From contig CAYMLW010000004.1 in assembly GCA_964391035.1 (NCBI GenBank), positions 1-39,056 on the forward strand: DNA of 39,056 nucleotides, written 5' to 3'. The stretch is from an uncultured Gemmatimonadaceae bacterium. Lineage in GTDB: Bacteria > Gemmatimonadota > Gemmatimonadetes > Longimicrobiales > RSA9. The translations under genes were made by a program, and so were the position numbers. How positions within the stretch are numbered: the stretch's first letter is position 1; every line of letters starts with the position of its first letter. The notes below the pieces were generated by a model that saw only the letters and a list, made by a program, of their open reading frames with translations, ran no database searches and was not told the DNA's origin. Below are positions 1 to 9,621 of this stretch, in pieces.

Positions 1-103
1 CGCTTGGCGATTTTTTAGGGGGTTTGTAAGGTAATGGAGCGTTCCATCTCGTAGCATCTCATACCACTTCACAGTATTCGACCTATTTCGCAGGAGTTCA
101 CGC

Positions 104-598
104 ATGGCTGTTCGGGGAGGAAAGCCCGCGTTGGGTGTAGTGCAGGCCGAGGGCAACGACGTGCCCGACCGCACGCCCCCTGGCGAGGTCATCGAGCTGG
201 AGCGCCCGGAGGGCGTGCTCTCCGACAAGGGCGAGGACGTGTGGGACGCCATCGTGCCGACGATGGCGGCTTCTGGCGCCCTTATGTCCACTGACCTGCC
301 GCTCCTGGTCGAAATGGTCGAGTCCATCGCCATCGCGAAGCACTACCGCGAGGCGCTCCAGGCCGGCATCGAGCGCGGCACCGCCGTCGAGCACTCTCGC
401 GACGGCACCCCCTACGAGGTCGATTTCCTGGGCTCCCCGACCGAGAAACGCCTGCGCTCAGGGTACGTGGCCGCCATCGGCGCGGCCGAAAAGCTCGCCG
501 TGGAGTACGGCGTGACCCCGACCGCCCGCGCCCGCCTCGGCATCGCCGCCACGCAGGCCAAGAGCCTCATGGACGTGCTCACCAGAGGCGAAAGCTGA
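104..598 (+). CDS. terS: terminase small subunit (P27-like)
   Basis: AGGAG RBS; C-terminal EYGVTPTARARL matches the P27-family terS motif; lies directly upstream of terL. Confidence 0.9.
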   Translation: MAVRGGKPALGVVQAEGNDVPDRTPPGEVIELERPEGVLSDKGEDVWDAIVPTMAASGALMSTDLPLLVEMVESIAIAKHYREALQAGIERGTAVEHSRDGTPYEVDFLGSPTEKRLRSGYVAAIGAAEKLAVEYGVTPTARARLGIAATQAKSLMDVLTRGES

Positions 599-601
599 CC
601 C

Positions 602-2287
602 ATGCCTATCACGGGAGACGCCGTCCTCCGGCTCATGCGCAACCTCACCCTCGCCAAAGGGCGGTGGGCCGGCAAGCGTATGCCGGTGCAGCCGTTCCAG
701 GAGGAGCTGACCCGCGACGTGTTCTCCCTGCGCGAGGATGACCCGACGCGCCGCCAGTACCAGGAGGCGGTCATCTTCATGCCCCGTAAAAACGGCAAGA
801 GCACCCTCGTGGCCGCCTGGGCCCTGGCCCTGCTCATGGAGGAGCCGGGCGGTGAGGTGCTGGGCGTGGCCGCCAAGCGCGAGCAGGCCGCCATCCTGCT
901 CAACGCGGCCAAAGAGTTCGTCCGGGGCTCCAGCATCGGCGGCGTCCCGCTCTCGGACCACTTCACCGTGCGGCGCAACGCCATCATCTACCCCGAAATG
1001 GACGCCATCTACCGCGTCATCAGCTCGGACGCCAGCTCCGAGCACGGGGCCAACCCGCACGCCGTCGTGGCTGACGAGCTGCACGCCTGGCGCGACCCCG
1101 AGCTGCTCATCGCGATGACCACCGCGACCGCAGCTCGCGAAAACCCCCTGGTCATCCAAATCAGCACCCCCGGCGAGCGCCCGCAGGGCATCTGGTGGGA
1201 CCAGTGGAACCGGGTGCGCGACCTCCACGCTGGCCGCATCGAGGACCCCGAGCTGTTCGGGCGCATCTGGACCGGTACCGAGGGCTGCGACATCGCCGAT
1301 GAGGCCGAGTGGGAGAAATCGAACCCCGGCCTCGACGTCATCGTCAAGCGCGACTACCTCCGGCGCCAGGCCCGCACGGTCCCCGAGTACGCCTTCCGGC
1401 GCCTCCACCTCGGGCAGCCGACCACGGCGCACGAGCGCTGGCTCCCGCACCACCTGTGGGAGGAGAACGCCAAGCCGGTCGACATTCCCGAGGACGCCGA
1501 CGTCTACCTCGGCATCGACGCCGCGCTGAGCCGCGACACGTTCGCGCTCGCGGTGGTCTACCTCGACCAGGAGACCGACGAGGTGCACGCGCTGACCCGC
1601 GATTTCCGCCCCCCGCCAGGGCAGGCGTACATCGACCCGCAGGAGGTCCAGACCTACATTCTCGGGCTTGCGCAGCGCTACCGCATCCAGCGCGCCCTGT
1701 ACGACCCCGCGTACATGGGCCTGCTGGCCAGCTCGCTGGAGGACCGGGGCGTGCCCATCGAGCCGTTCCCGCAGAGCGCGATGAACATGGTCCGCGCGAC
1801 CGAGACGGTGCAGCGGCTCGTGTTCGACAAGCGCCTGCGGCACGGTGGCGACGTCGAGCTGGACGCGCAAATGGCGAACGTCCACGCGCGCCCGACCGAC
1901 CGTGGCGTGCGTATCAGTAAGGGCCGCTCCGGTGGCCCGGTCGACCGCGTGGTCGCGCTGGCGATGGCGGCCGATGGCTGTCTAAACGGCGAGCGCCCCG
2001 AGGGCCACTTCGCCTTCGCCGTGGACATCACCAAGCCCCGCGAGGAGGCCGAGGGCGAGGGCCGCAAGCGCGCCCCCAAGTCCGGACGGCCGAGGGGGCC
2101 CCGAGGGCCGATGGCCGAGCGCCGGGCGACCACCTACGCCAAGCGCAAGAGCGCCCAACGGCGAGCCGCTCTATTGCCTTCTAAGGCGTTGGCACCCCCC
2201 CTCGGTACGACCATAGCGGCCCCCTCCCCAAATCGCCGTAGACGAGCGCTAAGCCCCCTTAGCGTCCATTCTCACCACCGACTATAG
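602..2287 (+). CDS. terL: terminase large subunit
   Basis: Walker A MPRKNGKST, Walker B VVADELH, ISTPG, nuclease GIDAALSRD and DRVVALAMA. The basic C-terminal tail runs through repeat copy A. Confidence 0.97.
   Translation: MPITGDAVLRLMRNLTLAKGRWAGKRMPVQPFQEELTRDVFSLREDDPTRRQYQEAVIFMPRKNGKSTLVAAWALALLMEEPGGEVLGVAAKREQAAILLNAAKEFVRGSSIGGVPLSDHFTVRRNAIIYPEMDAIYRVISSDASSEHGANPHAVVADELHAWRDPELLIAMTTATAARENPLVIQISTPGERPQGIWWDQWNRVRDLHAGRIEDPELFGRIWTGTEGCDIADEAEWEKSNPGLDVIVKRDYLRRQARTVPEYAFRRLHLGQPTTAHERWLPHHLWEENAKPVDIPEDADVYLGIDAALSRDTFALAVVYLDQETDEVHALTRDFRPPPGQAYIDPQEVQTYILGLAQRYRIQRALYDPAYMGLLASSLEDRGVPIEPFPQSAMNMVRATETVQRLVFDKRLRHGGDVELDAQMANVHARPTDRGVRISKGRSGGPVDRVVALAMAADGCLNGERPEGHFAFAVDITKPREEAEGEGRKRAPKSGRPRGPRGPMAERRATTYAKRKSAQRRAALLPSKALAPPLGTTIAAPSPNRRRRALSPLSVHSHHRL
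2161..2265 (+). repeat. ~110-bp dispersed element, copy A
   Basis: GCGAGCCGCTCTATTGCCTTCTAAGGCGTTGGCACCCCCCCTCGGTACGACCATAGC...AAATCGCCGTAGACGAGCGCTAAGCCCCCTTAGCGT aligns with copies B-E. Confidence 0.9.
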
Positions 2288-2303
2288 CCCCGGAGCGAAC
2301 CCC

Positions 2304-2537
2304 ATGCTGACCACCCGCCGACACTGGCTCAAGCGCCAGGTGCTCACCCGCGTGCTCGTGCACACCTCCGACGGCTCGACCGTCGAGGGCATCCTCGACG
2401 TCGCCGCCCGCGACGGGCTCGTGCTGCGCTCCCCGAAGTTCCACGGCGACGAGCAGGAGCACTCGCTCAAGGGCACCGCCTACGTGCCCCGCGAGCAGGT
2501 CTCGTTCGTCCAGGTGCTCACCGAGGTGCCGGCGTGA
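2304..2537 (+). CDS. hypothetical small beta-rich protein (possibly Sm-like fold)
   Basis: GGAG RBS, typical codon usage, between terL and portal; pattern VLVHTSDGSTVEGIL...YVPREQVSFVQV. Confidence 0.75.
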   Translation: MLTTRRHWLKRQVLTRVLVHTSDGSTVEGILDVAARDGLVLRSPKFHGDEQEHSLKGTAYVPREQVSFVQVLTEVPA

Positions 2538-2626
2538 TTTGCGAGGCGTGCGGCGAGCTATTCGACCCGGTGGCGACCCGGTGGCTCTGCCCCCACTGCG
2601 GCTACAAGGCGCATTGCTGCGGGTGA
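2534..2626 (+). CDS. 30-aa Cys-rich zinc-finger microprotein
   Basis: GTGA overlap with the upstream stop, GAGG RBS; MICEACGELFDPVATRWLCPHCGYKAHCCG; below the ORF-track size cutoff. Confidence 0.7.
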   Translation: MICEACGELFDPVATRWLCPHCGYKAHCCG

Positions 2627-2654
2627 GGTCTAGCGGTTGGCGACACTCACCCCC

Positions 2655-4022
2655 ATGCGACTACTCACTGACGACGGCCCGGTCTCTGTCCGCTCCTCGT
2701 GGCCCCTCAAGGGGCTCGACCGCGAGCGCACCGAGGCGCAATCGTCCACGCGCGTCAAGCTCGTGGACAGCATCAACGGTGCCATCCGGCGCGCCAGCTA
2801 CGCGGACCTCTACCGGGGCAACCCGTGGGTCGAGGCCGCCGTCAGCCGCAACGCTGACTCCCTCGCCCGGCTCCCGCTCAAGGTCTACGAGCTGAACGGG
2901 GACGGCGACCGCGAGCGCGTCCGGGGCGACCTGCCGGTACAGGGGGCGCCGAGCGCCGCCGCGCAGCTCGACTCGATACTGCGCCGGCCGAACCGGGACC
3001 TGAGCGGCTTCCGGCTCCGGCACCTCGTGCACACCGACCTCGGCATCTACGGCAACGGGCTCATCGTCAAGGGGCGGGACGCGAAAAACCGCGTGGACGC
3101 CCTCTACCACGTCCCGTGGGCGCGCGTGTCGGTCATCCTCGGCAAGGACCGCCCCATCGTCGGTTTCGAGGTCCAGGGCACCGCCGGCCAGAAGCGGACC
3201 ATTCACCCCGAGGACGCCGTCCACTTCCGGCTCGGCAGCGACCCCGAGAGCGCCCTGGGCCTGTCCCCGCTGGAGCCGCTGGCTGACTCAGCCGGGCTCA
3301 TGGACGCCATCCGGCGCTTCACCCTGGCCTACTTCCGAAACCAGGCTCGGCCGAGCGGGAACCTCAAGCTCCCGCCGGGCGCCGACGAGCGCGTGCTGGA
3401 GTACGTGAAGGACCAGGTGTACGAAATGTACGCGAGCCCGGAGAACGCGGGCGTCCCGATGGTCACGACGGGCGACTGGCAGGCGCTCTCCGATGAGCCG
3501 CAGCACACCGAAGCCCTCAACCTCTACAAGCTCTCGCGCTCCGAGGTGGCCTCGGTCACCGGGGTCCCCGAGCCCCTGCTCGGCGCGCTCGACAAGGCCA
3601 CGCTAAGCAACGTCGAGGCGCTCAAGAGCTGGTACTACCGCGACGTCGTGGGCCCGCGCGCGGAGGGCTTCGAGGCCGACCTCGACACCTCCCTCCTGGC
3701 CCCGCACCCCTCGTGGCGCCGCCTCCTGGTCGAGCACGACCTCGGGGCGATGCTTAAGCCCGACCTCAAGGGCCGTGCTGAGGCGTACCGCTCCATGCGC
3801 TACGTCCACACCACGAACGAGCTGCGGCGCCTGGAGAACCTCCCACCCATCGGCGACGACCGCGCCGACACCGTGTGGCTGCCGGGCGCTGAGGTCCCCC
3901 TCATCGAGGAGACCTACCCCACTGAGCCGCAGGAGACCCCCGCCGACCCCGAGCCCAACCCCGAGGGCTCCAAGGGCCCCGGTGGCGACCCCGCCGACGA
4001 GCCCGACGCCGGCTACCTCTAG
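2655..4022 (+). CDS. portal protein (HK97 family)
   Basis: NPWVEAAV..A..LARLPL, RRPN, YGNG, GLSPL, FRNQARPSG, TTNELRRLENLPP motifs. Alternative TTG start at 2637. Confidence 0.95.
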   Translation: MRLLTDDGPVSVRSSWPLKGLDRERTEAQSSTRVKLVDSINGAIRRASYADLYRGNPWVEAAVSRNADSLARLPLKVYELNGDGDRERVRGDLPVQGAPSAAAQLDSILRRPNRDLSGFRLRHLVHTDLGIYGNGLIVKGRDAKNRVDALYHVPWARVSVILGKDRPIVGFEVQGTAGQKRTIHPEDAVHFRLGSDPESALGLSPLEPLADSAGLMDAIRRFTLAYFRNQARPSGNLKLPPGADERVLEYVKDQVYEMYASPENAGVPMVTTGDWQALSDEPQHTEALNLYKLSRSEVASVTGVPEPLLGALDKATLSNVEALKSWYYRDVVGPRAEGFEADLDTSLLAPHPSWRRLLVEHDLGAMLKPDLKGRAEAYRSMRYVHTTNELRRLENLPPIGDDRADTVWLPGAEVPLIEETYPTEPQETPADPEPNPEGSKGPGGDPADEPDAGYL

Positions 4023-4042
4023 CGACACCGGAGACTCCCCGC

Positions 4043-4696
4043 ATGGATACCAAGACACGCACCGCAACCCTGGCCGTTCGCGCCAAGAGCGACGACGAGC
4101 GCGAGGGCGTCATCGAGGCTTACGCCTCGGTGTTCGACACGCGCTACGACGTCGGCTACGCGCTGGAGCGCGTGGTCAAGGGCGCCTTCGAGGACTCCCT
4201 CGAAGCCCGCCCGACCCTGGCCATCTACCACGAGCACGGCTGGCGCCGGGGCGACGCCCCCATCGGCGTGGCCTCCGCGTGGGAGGACGACCACGGCCTC
4301 AAGGTCGAGGCCGAGCTGTTCCTCGATGACTCCAAGGCGAGGGCTGTTTACACGTCGGTCGAGCGCGGCGCGCTGACCGAGTGGAGCATCGGGTTCGTGG
4401 TGCGCGAGGAGGCCATCGTCACCGACGACGACGGGCTCGACGTGTTCGAGGTCCGGCGCGCGGACCTCCTGGAGGCGTCGACCACCATCCGGGGCTCCAA
4501 CCCGGACACCGAGACGGTCGGCGTCCGAGCGTCCGCCGTCTGCCCGGTGTGCGGAACCGCCACCGAGACCCGCGACGAGCGCGAGCACGTCGAAGAGCGC
4601 GACGACGAGGAGCCTGAGAAGCTCGCCCTGGTCGACGTCCTCGACCCCAACGACCCCGCCGAGCGGTGGCTGGAGAGCGTCCTCGGCGACGCCTAA
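4043..4696 (+). CDS. HK97-family prohead protease
   Basis: IEAYASVF, ERVVKGAF, YHEH, PIG, EDDHGL, WSIGF, LLEAS motifs; lies between portal and capsid. Confidence 0.95.
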   Translation: MDTKTRTATLAVRAKSDDEREGVIEAYASVFDTRYDVGYALERVVKGAFEDSLEARPTLAIYHEHGWRRGDAPIGVASAWEDDHGLKVEAELFLDDSKARAVYTSVERGALTEWSIGFVVREEAIVTDDDGLDVFEVRRADLLEASTTIRGSNPDTETVGVRASAVCPVCGTATETRDEREHVEERDDEEPEKLALVDVLDPNDPAERWLESVLGDA

Positions 4697-4795
4697 TCAC
4701 ACCCTCCGACGGCGGAAATCTAGCAAGCCCCCATGCTTGCTCCGACCCCCGCAAGACGACCGTTCCGAAATCGAACCCTCGGGAGGACCGAAACG

Positions 4796-6097
4796 ATGTT
4801 GACCGAAACCGAGCTGGAGCGGCTCCGCAGCGAAGCCCGCTCCAAGGATGAGCGCGCCACTGAGCTGCGCTCCAAGGCCGAGCAGCAGGCCAAGGAGGCG
4901 CGGGATGAGGGCGTGGACCTCGCCAAGGACCCCGAAGCACGCCGCAAGGTGCTGGACGTCTACCGCGAGGCCGACAGCCTGGCACAGGAGGCTGCCGACC
5001 TGCGCGACGACTACACCGCGCTGCTGGAGCAGAACAGCGACGGCCAGGAGCGCCAGCGCTCCGAGGCCCCCAAGGTCGAGAGCCGGTCCCCCGGTGCGCG
5101 ACTGACCGCCACCGACGAGTTCGGCGCCTTCCACGGGCTCGCCAAGCGCGACCTCGGCGCAGCGGCCAAGGCCCTGGGCTCGGTCGAGGTGTTCACCCGC
5201 GACGAGACCCTGGGCGTCATCAGCGCCCGCGCAGTCGACGGCACCGCCCTGACGCAGCCTGACCGGCTCCCCGGCATCACCGACCCGCAGCCCGAGCGCC
5301 CGGTGCGTCTGTTCGACGTCATCATGGTCTCCGGGATGAACGACGGGAACCTGGAGTACGTGGCCGAGCTGGCGCGGACCGACAACGTCGGACCGGCGCC
5401 CTACGGCACCGAGCCCGAGCCCTCCGGCGACGAGAACCTGCTGGCCGAGTCCAGCTACGCCTTCGAGGAGCGCTCGGTGGCGGCCAAGAGGATTGGTCAC
5501 TACACCCCGGCCTCCGAGGCGCAGATTGCGGACGTCCCGCAGTTCCGCACCCTCGTGGACGCGCGGCTCGTCTCCGGCGTCAACCGCAAGCTGGAGGACT
5601 ACGCTCTCCAGGGCAACACCGGTGGCGGCGACCCGTGGGACGGCATCTACAACACGACCGGCGTGCTGACCCTCGACGGGACCGACGTCGACCGTGGCGA
5701 CGCCATCCACAAGGCGCTCACCAAGGTGCGCATCACGGCCTTCGAGGAGCCCGAGCTGCTGGCAATCCACCCGGAGGACTTCGAGGAGTACGCGCTGGAA
5801 AAGAACAGCAACGGTGACTACCTCCACGGGCGCGGGGCCGTCATCCCGAGCCTGGTGTGGGGCAAGCCCTACATGCTCTCCACCGCAGTGCCGAAGGGTT
5901 CGCCGCTCGTCGGACAGTTCTCCACCTCGGCGATGCTCGGCATCCGCGACGGCCTGGCCGTCAGCGCGACCGACACGCACTCCGACTGGTTCCTGCGAGG
6001 CTGGCTGGCCATCCGGGCACAGGTCCGCGCCGCGTTCGGTGTGGTCCGGCCGGTGACCTTCTGCATCGTGGAAAACTACGGCGCAACCACGCCGTAA
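4796..6097 (+). CDS. major capsid protein (HK97 fold, N-terminal coiled-coil delta domain)
   Basis: GGAGG RBS before ATG 4796; coiled-coil N-terminus; AIHPEDF..ALEKNSNGDYL, VWGKP, and C-terminal AIRAQVRAAFGVVRPVTF. Confidence 0.95.
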   Translation: MLTETELERLRSEARSKDERATELRSKAEQQAKEARDEGVDLAKDPEARRKVLDVYREADSLAQEAADLRDDYTALLEQNSDGQERQRSEAPKVESRSPGARLTATDEFGAFHGLAKRDLGAAAKALGSVEVFTRDETLGVISARAVDGTALTQPDRLPGITDPQPERPVRLFDVIMVSGMNDGNLEYVAELARTDNVGPAPYGTEPEPSGDENLLAESSYAFEERSVAAKRIGHYTPASEAQIADVPQFRTLVDARLVSGVNRKLEDYALQGNTGGGDPWDGIYNTTGVLTLDGTDVDRGDAIHKALTKVRITAFEEPELLAIHPEDFEEYALEKNSNGDYLHGRGAVIPSLVWGKPYMLSTAVPKGSPLVGQFSTSAMLGIRDGLAVSATDTHSDWFLRGWLAIRAQVRAAFGVVRPVTFCIVENYGATTP

Positions 6098-6138
6098 TGC
6101 TCCTCCCCTCGTGACCCGAGGGTAGGTGGGTGGTGGTA

Positions 6139-6170
6139 GGGGGCGCGGAGCCAAATAGGCCCGCGCCCCC
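6139..6170 (+). terminator. GC-rich hairpin after the capsid gene
   Basis: GGGGCGCGGAGCC-AAATA-GGCCCGCGCCCC followed by GCTT. Confidence 0.5.
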
Positions 6171-6197
6171 GCTTCCTGACAGGCGAAAGGCTGAGCA

Positions 6198-6566
6198 GTG
6201 CCAGAGCGCTTCCGAGCACCGCATCGCATCATCCGGGACGGCCGCCTTATCGCTGCCAAGGGCCACCTCATCAGCGACGCATTGGCCGAAGAGCTGGGTT
6301 TGGGCACCCCCTCTGAGAGCCCGTCAGAGCCCGCGAGAGCCGTTGACCCCCCCTCCGCGTATAATGGGAAGGGGGGTGCCGCTAAATCCCCACCTGACGC
6401 ATTGACCCTGGTCAGAGGGGGTGAAATCGACCCCTCCCCGTACCACGTCGGTGGACCCTGGTACGAAATCGAAGGCACCAAGGTTCGGGGAAAACAGGCC
6501 GCCATCGAAGTGCTCGAAGCACTAAATAAAACCACGACTCACGAGGAGCAAGTGAACAATGGCTGA
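6198..6566 (+). CDS. hypothetical protein (head-associated position)
   Basis: Fills the gap after the capsid gene and overlaps the next start; contains a degenerate copy of the dispersed element. Confidence 0.65.
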   Translation: MPERFRAPHRIIRDGRLIAAKGHLISDALAEELGLGTPSESPSEPARAVDPPSAYNGKGGAAKSPPDALTLVRGGEIDPSPYHVGGPWYEIEGTKVRGKQAAIEVLEALNKTTTHEEQVNNG

Positions 6567-6963
6567 CGGCATCTACAACGCCTGGAAGGCCGGCATTGGT
6601 GACGGCACGCTCGACTGGACGACCGACGATTTGCGCATCAAGCTGGTCACGTCGAGCACCTTTGACCCCGACGACGCGACGCTAACGGCGGTCACTTACG
6701 CCGAGCCGACCGACGGGAGCTACTCCGAGCAGTCGCTCACCAACGCGGCTGTGACGCAGGACGACGCCAACGACGTGGCCGTCTACGACTGCGACGACGT
6801 GGCCTTCGGCGACCTGGCCGGCGGCGAGACCGTGACCGGCTACATCATCTACGACGCCACCACCGACACCCCGGTGTGCCACGTCGACAGCGTGAGCGAC
6901 CGGACACTCCAGGGTGACCCGTTCACCGTCGAGTTCCCGAACGGCGTGCTCGAAATCGCGTGA
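6559..6963 (+). CDS. probable virion structural protein
   Basis: GAGGAG RBS; acidic beta-rich sequence (LDWTTDDLRIKLV...AVYDCDDVAF...GYIIYD...FTVEFPNGVLEI) of the kind found before fibre genes. Confidence 0.75.
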   Translation: MADGIYNAWKAGIGDGTLDWTTDDLRIKLVTSSTFDPDDATLTAVTYAEPTDGSYSEQSLTNAAVTQDDANDVAVYDCDDVAFGDLAGGETVTGYIIYDATTDTPVCHVDSVSDRTLQGDPFTVEFPNGVLEIA

Positions 6964-7235
6964 TGCTACTCCGGGTCCCCGTCGAGCTTGGTTCGCCCCG
7001 GCCCCCGGCTGGGGTGACCTCCTACGTCGTCATCGAGTACCACGACGACGCCACCGCGACCATCCGCCCCCGAGCCGGCGCCGACACGCCTGGTCTCGAC
7101 GGGCTGCTGGCCCGCCTTCGCAACGTGGCAGAGCCCCGCACCCGGCGCGCTCTCCAGCTCGAAATCGAGCGGCTCATCGACTCCCTGGAGGGGGCAGAGC
7201 GGCAGCAAGCAATCGACGTTTACAGGGGGAGCTGA
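6960..7235 (+). CDS. hypothetical protein
   Basis: Overlaps the upstream stop; fits operon packing. Confidence 0.6.
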   Translation: MMLLRVPVELGSPRPPAGVTSYVVIEYHDDATATIRPRAGADTPGLDGLLARLRNVAEPRTRRALQLEIERLIDSLEGAERQQAIDVYRGS

Positions 7236-7238
7236 CCG

Positions 7239-7532
7239 ATGGCGCATGGTCACATCGAGTCCTCGCTCGGCTACACCGGGACCGAGGCGAACGTGTCGGC
7301 TGCGCTGGAGGATGCCGCAGCGCAGCTCCGCCAGCGCGCCCTCATGGCCACCTGGCAGCAGCGCCCCACCCCCGATGGCCAGCTCCCGTGGTGGGAGGCT
7401 TGGATGGTGCTGGACGACGGCGAGACGGTGCGCGTGGCCGCTGGCCACATCGACCCCGACGCCCCGGACGCTGACGCCTGGGGCATCGTGGACGGCCGGC
7501 TTCCGAGCGACGCCGCGCCAGAGGAGGGCTGA
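7239..7532 (+). CDS. hypothetical protein
   Basis: GGGGGAG RBS; fits operon packing. Confidence 0.7.
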   Translation: MAHGHIESSLGYTGTEANVSAALEDAAAQLRQRALMATWQQRPTPDGQLPWWEAWMVLDDGETVRVAAGHIDPDAPDADAWGIVDGRLPSDAAPEEG

Positions 7533-7534
7533 GC

Positions 7535-8407
7535 ATGACCTACACCCTCGTGCAGGAAAAGGGGCACCACGACCCCGATAGCGGCACCGCGACATCCGAC
7601 CTCGTGCTGGACGCCCCGGTCCAGGCTGGCAACTTCCTCATCGCCGCAGTCGGGCACCGTGCGAGCAGCGCCGCCGCGACCCCCACCATCGGCAAGGATG
7701 GCGCCTCAATGGTGCAGCGCGTCATCGCGTCGACCACAAGCGACGGCGGCAACAAAGGTGTGGCTCTGTTCGACCTTCTGCCGGCGGTGGGCGGCGAGCA
7801 GACCTTCGAGACCCCGTACTATTGGCAGAGCTTGTGGGTCGCCGAGTTCTCCGGCACCACCCCCGATTGGGTCGATGGCGACTCAGGGCACAGCGGCTCA
7901 TCGAGCGTAACCTCGTTCGGGCTCCAGGCGACCTCGACGGGAACTGACTCCCTCGGCATCGCCTCGGCCTTCCACCGCGAGGGCGGCCTGAACGACGGCT
8001 CCAAGGGGTCGTTCGACTCTGGCTACGGCGTCAACGAAATCGCCTACAGGGGCTCCTATTACGGCCTGGAGCAGCACCTTGTCTCGTGGCAGTTCGACGT
8101 CAGTGGCGTGTCGAGCCCGGTGACCTGGACGCACGGCGACCCGCACCAGGTCGCAATGGTCCTCGGCCACTGGCAGGCCGCCGGCTACACCATCTCCGGC
8201 ACGGTCACCGAGGGCGGTAACCCCGTTAGCGGAGCGAAGGTCGCCGTCATTGCCGGGGGCGAGCTACAGAGCATCGAGACCACTGACGCCAACGGCGACT
8301 GGAGCGCCCTCGTGCCCTCCGGCCTCGCGGCGCACGCTTTCGCCTACCACGACGACGGTGTGGACCTCTACACCTCTGAGGGACGCCCGTACATCGAGGA
8401 GGCATGA
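7535..8407 (+). CDS. probable virion fibre/decoration protein with C-terminal beta-sandwich (carboxypeptidase-regulatory-like) domain
   Basis: C-terminal YTISGTVTEGGNPVSGAKV...TTDANGDW; Ser/Gly/Thr-rich; more A/T-ending codons than neighbouring genes. Confidence 0.7.
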   Translation: MTYTLVQEKGHHDPDSGTATSDLVLDAPVQAGNFLIAAVGHRASSAAATPTIGKDGASMVQRVIASTTSDGGNKGVALFDLLPAVGGEQTFETPYYWQSLWVAEFSGTTPDWVDGDSGHSGSSSVTSFGLQATSTGTDSLGIASAFHREGGLNDGSKGSFDSGYGVNEIAYRGSYYGLEQHLVSWQFDVSGVSSPVTWTHGDPHQVAMVLGHWQAAGYTISGTVTEGGNPVSGAKVAVIAGGELQSIETTDANGDWSALVPSGLAAHAFAYHDDGVDLYTSEGRPYIEEA

Positions 8408-9621
8408 GCTACACCCCTCCCTCACCGTCGGCGGTCGACTTCGAGCTGACCGCCTACACGCCGCCGGGCCCCTCGGCGGTCGATTTCTCACTGTCTGTCG
8501 AGCCGGTCATCGTCACCGCGCCGCGCCTGACGGTCTCGACGGCTCCCCGCGCCGGAGCCCTGGCCACCTCCCCGAGCCTGACCGCCACAAGGCTCTCAGC
8601 GCCCGCCAGCGCCCGCGTGGGCGGCTTCCGCGCCCCCGTAGGTGTGGTGGCACCGCGCCTGACCTCGACGTCGCAGACCCGCCCTGGCGCGCTCTCGGCG
8701 CCTCCGGCCCTGGCCACCCCGAAGCTCACCTCGACGTCGAGCGTGCGCCCCGGCGCCCTCTCGGCGCCCACCGCCCTGGCCGCTCCAAGGCTCACCTCGA
8801 CGTCGAGCCCGCGCCCCGGCCCCCTCAAGGCACCCTCGACCCTGCCGGCACCCCGGCTCGGCTCGACCGCTTCGGCGCGGAGCGCGACGCTTTCGGCCCC
8901 GAGGACCGTGACGGCTCCGCGCCTGGGCACGCAGTCCAGTGCGCGTCCGGGGGCGTTCTCCGCTCCGGCGACCGTGACGGCCCCCCGTGCACAGGCGAGC
9001 GCAACCGCGCAACCAGCAACCATCGAGGCGGTTGGCTCGGCTACCGCCCCGCGCCTGACCGCCCCCGCCACCGTGCGCCCCGGTGCCCTCACCGTCGAGG
9101 CGAGCTTCACCGCTCCGCGCCTCGCCGTGCAGGCCACGGCGCAGCCGGCGCGCGCGACCACCCCACGCTCGGTCCAGGGCGTGCGCCCTGGCGCCACCTC
9201 GACCGTGCGCCCCGGCACCGTCACCACCCCCCGTACCGTCGAGGCGCCCCGCCTCGGCTCGACCGCCACCGTGCAGCCCGCCGGTTTCTCGGTCTCGGGC
9301 TCGGCCACAGCTCAGCGCCTGGCCCTGGCTGCCACCGTGCGCCCCGGCGCCCTGGCCCCCGAGGTGGTCATCGAGGCTGAGCGCATCGTCGCGGGCGCAG
9401 CCACACGCCTGGCCACGCTCTCGCACCCCCTTACGGTGAGCCACGAGCCGCTGACGGCGACCGCCACCGAGCGCGTCGGGACCCTGTTCGTGGACCGCGT
9501 GCTGGTCCCCGAACGCACCCGCGTGACCCTCACTGCCTCCGGCCTTCGAGGTGAAATCGACGGCGGCAGCGGCGGCAGCCGCACAACGCTCACCGCCCCC
9601 TCCAGGAGGATGCACGCATGA
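8404..9621 (+). CDS. Ala/Thr/Pro-rich repetitive fibre-like protein
   Basis: ATGA overlap; N-terminal YTPPxPSAVDFxL twice; many ~21-aa repeats of the type APRLTSTSxxRPGALSAP. Confidence 0.75.
   Translation: MSYTPPSPSAVDFELTAYTPPGPSAVDFSLSVEPVIVTAPRLTVSTAPRAGALATSPSLTATRLSAPASARVGGFRAPVGVVAPRLTSTSQTRPGALSAPPALATPKLTSTSSVRPGALSAPTALAAPRLTSTSSPRPGPLKAPSTLPAPRLGSTASARSATLSAPRTVTAPRLGTQSSARPGAFSAPATVTAPRAQASATAQPATIEAVGSATAPRLTAPATVRPGALTVEASFTAPRLAVQATAQPARATTPRSVQGVRPGATSTVRPGTVTTPRTVEAPRLGSTATVQPAGFSVSGSATAQRLALAATVRPGALAPEVVIEAERIVAGAATRLATLSHPLTVSHEPLTATATERVGTLFVDRVLVPERTRVTLTASGLRGEIDGGSGGSRTTLTAPSRRMHA

Noticed and set aside
6342-6365. TTGACC...TATAAT as a consensus promoter
   Set aside because: The spacer is only about 11 bp; better explained as a diverged copy of the dispersed element.
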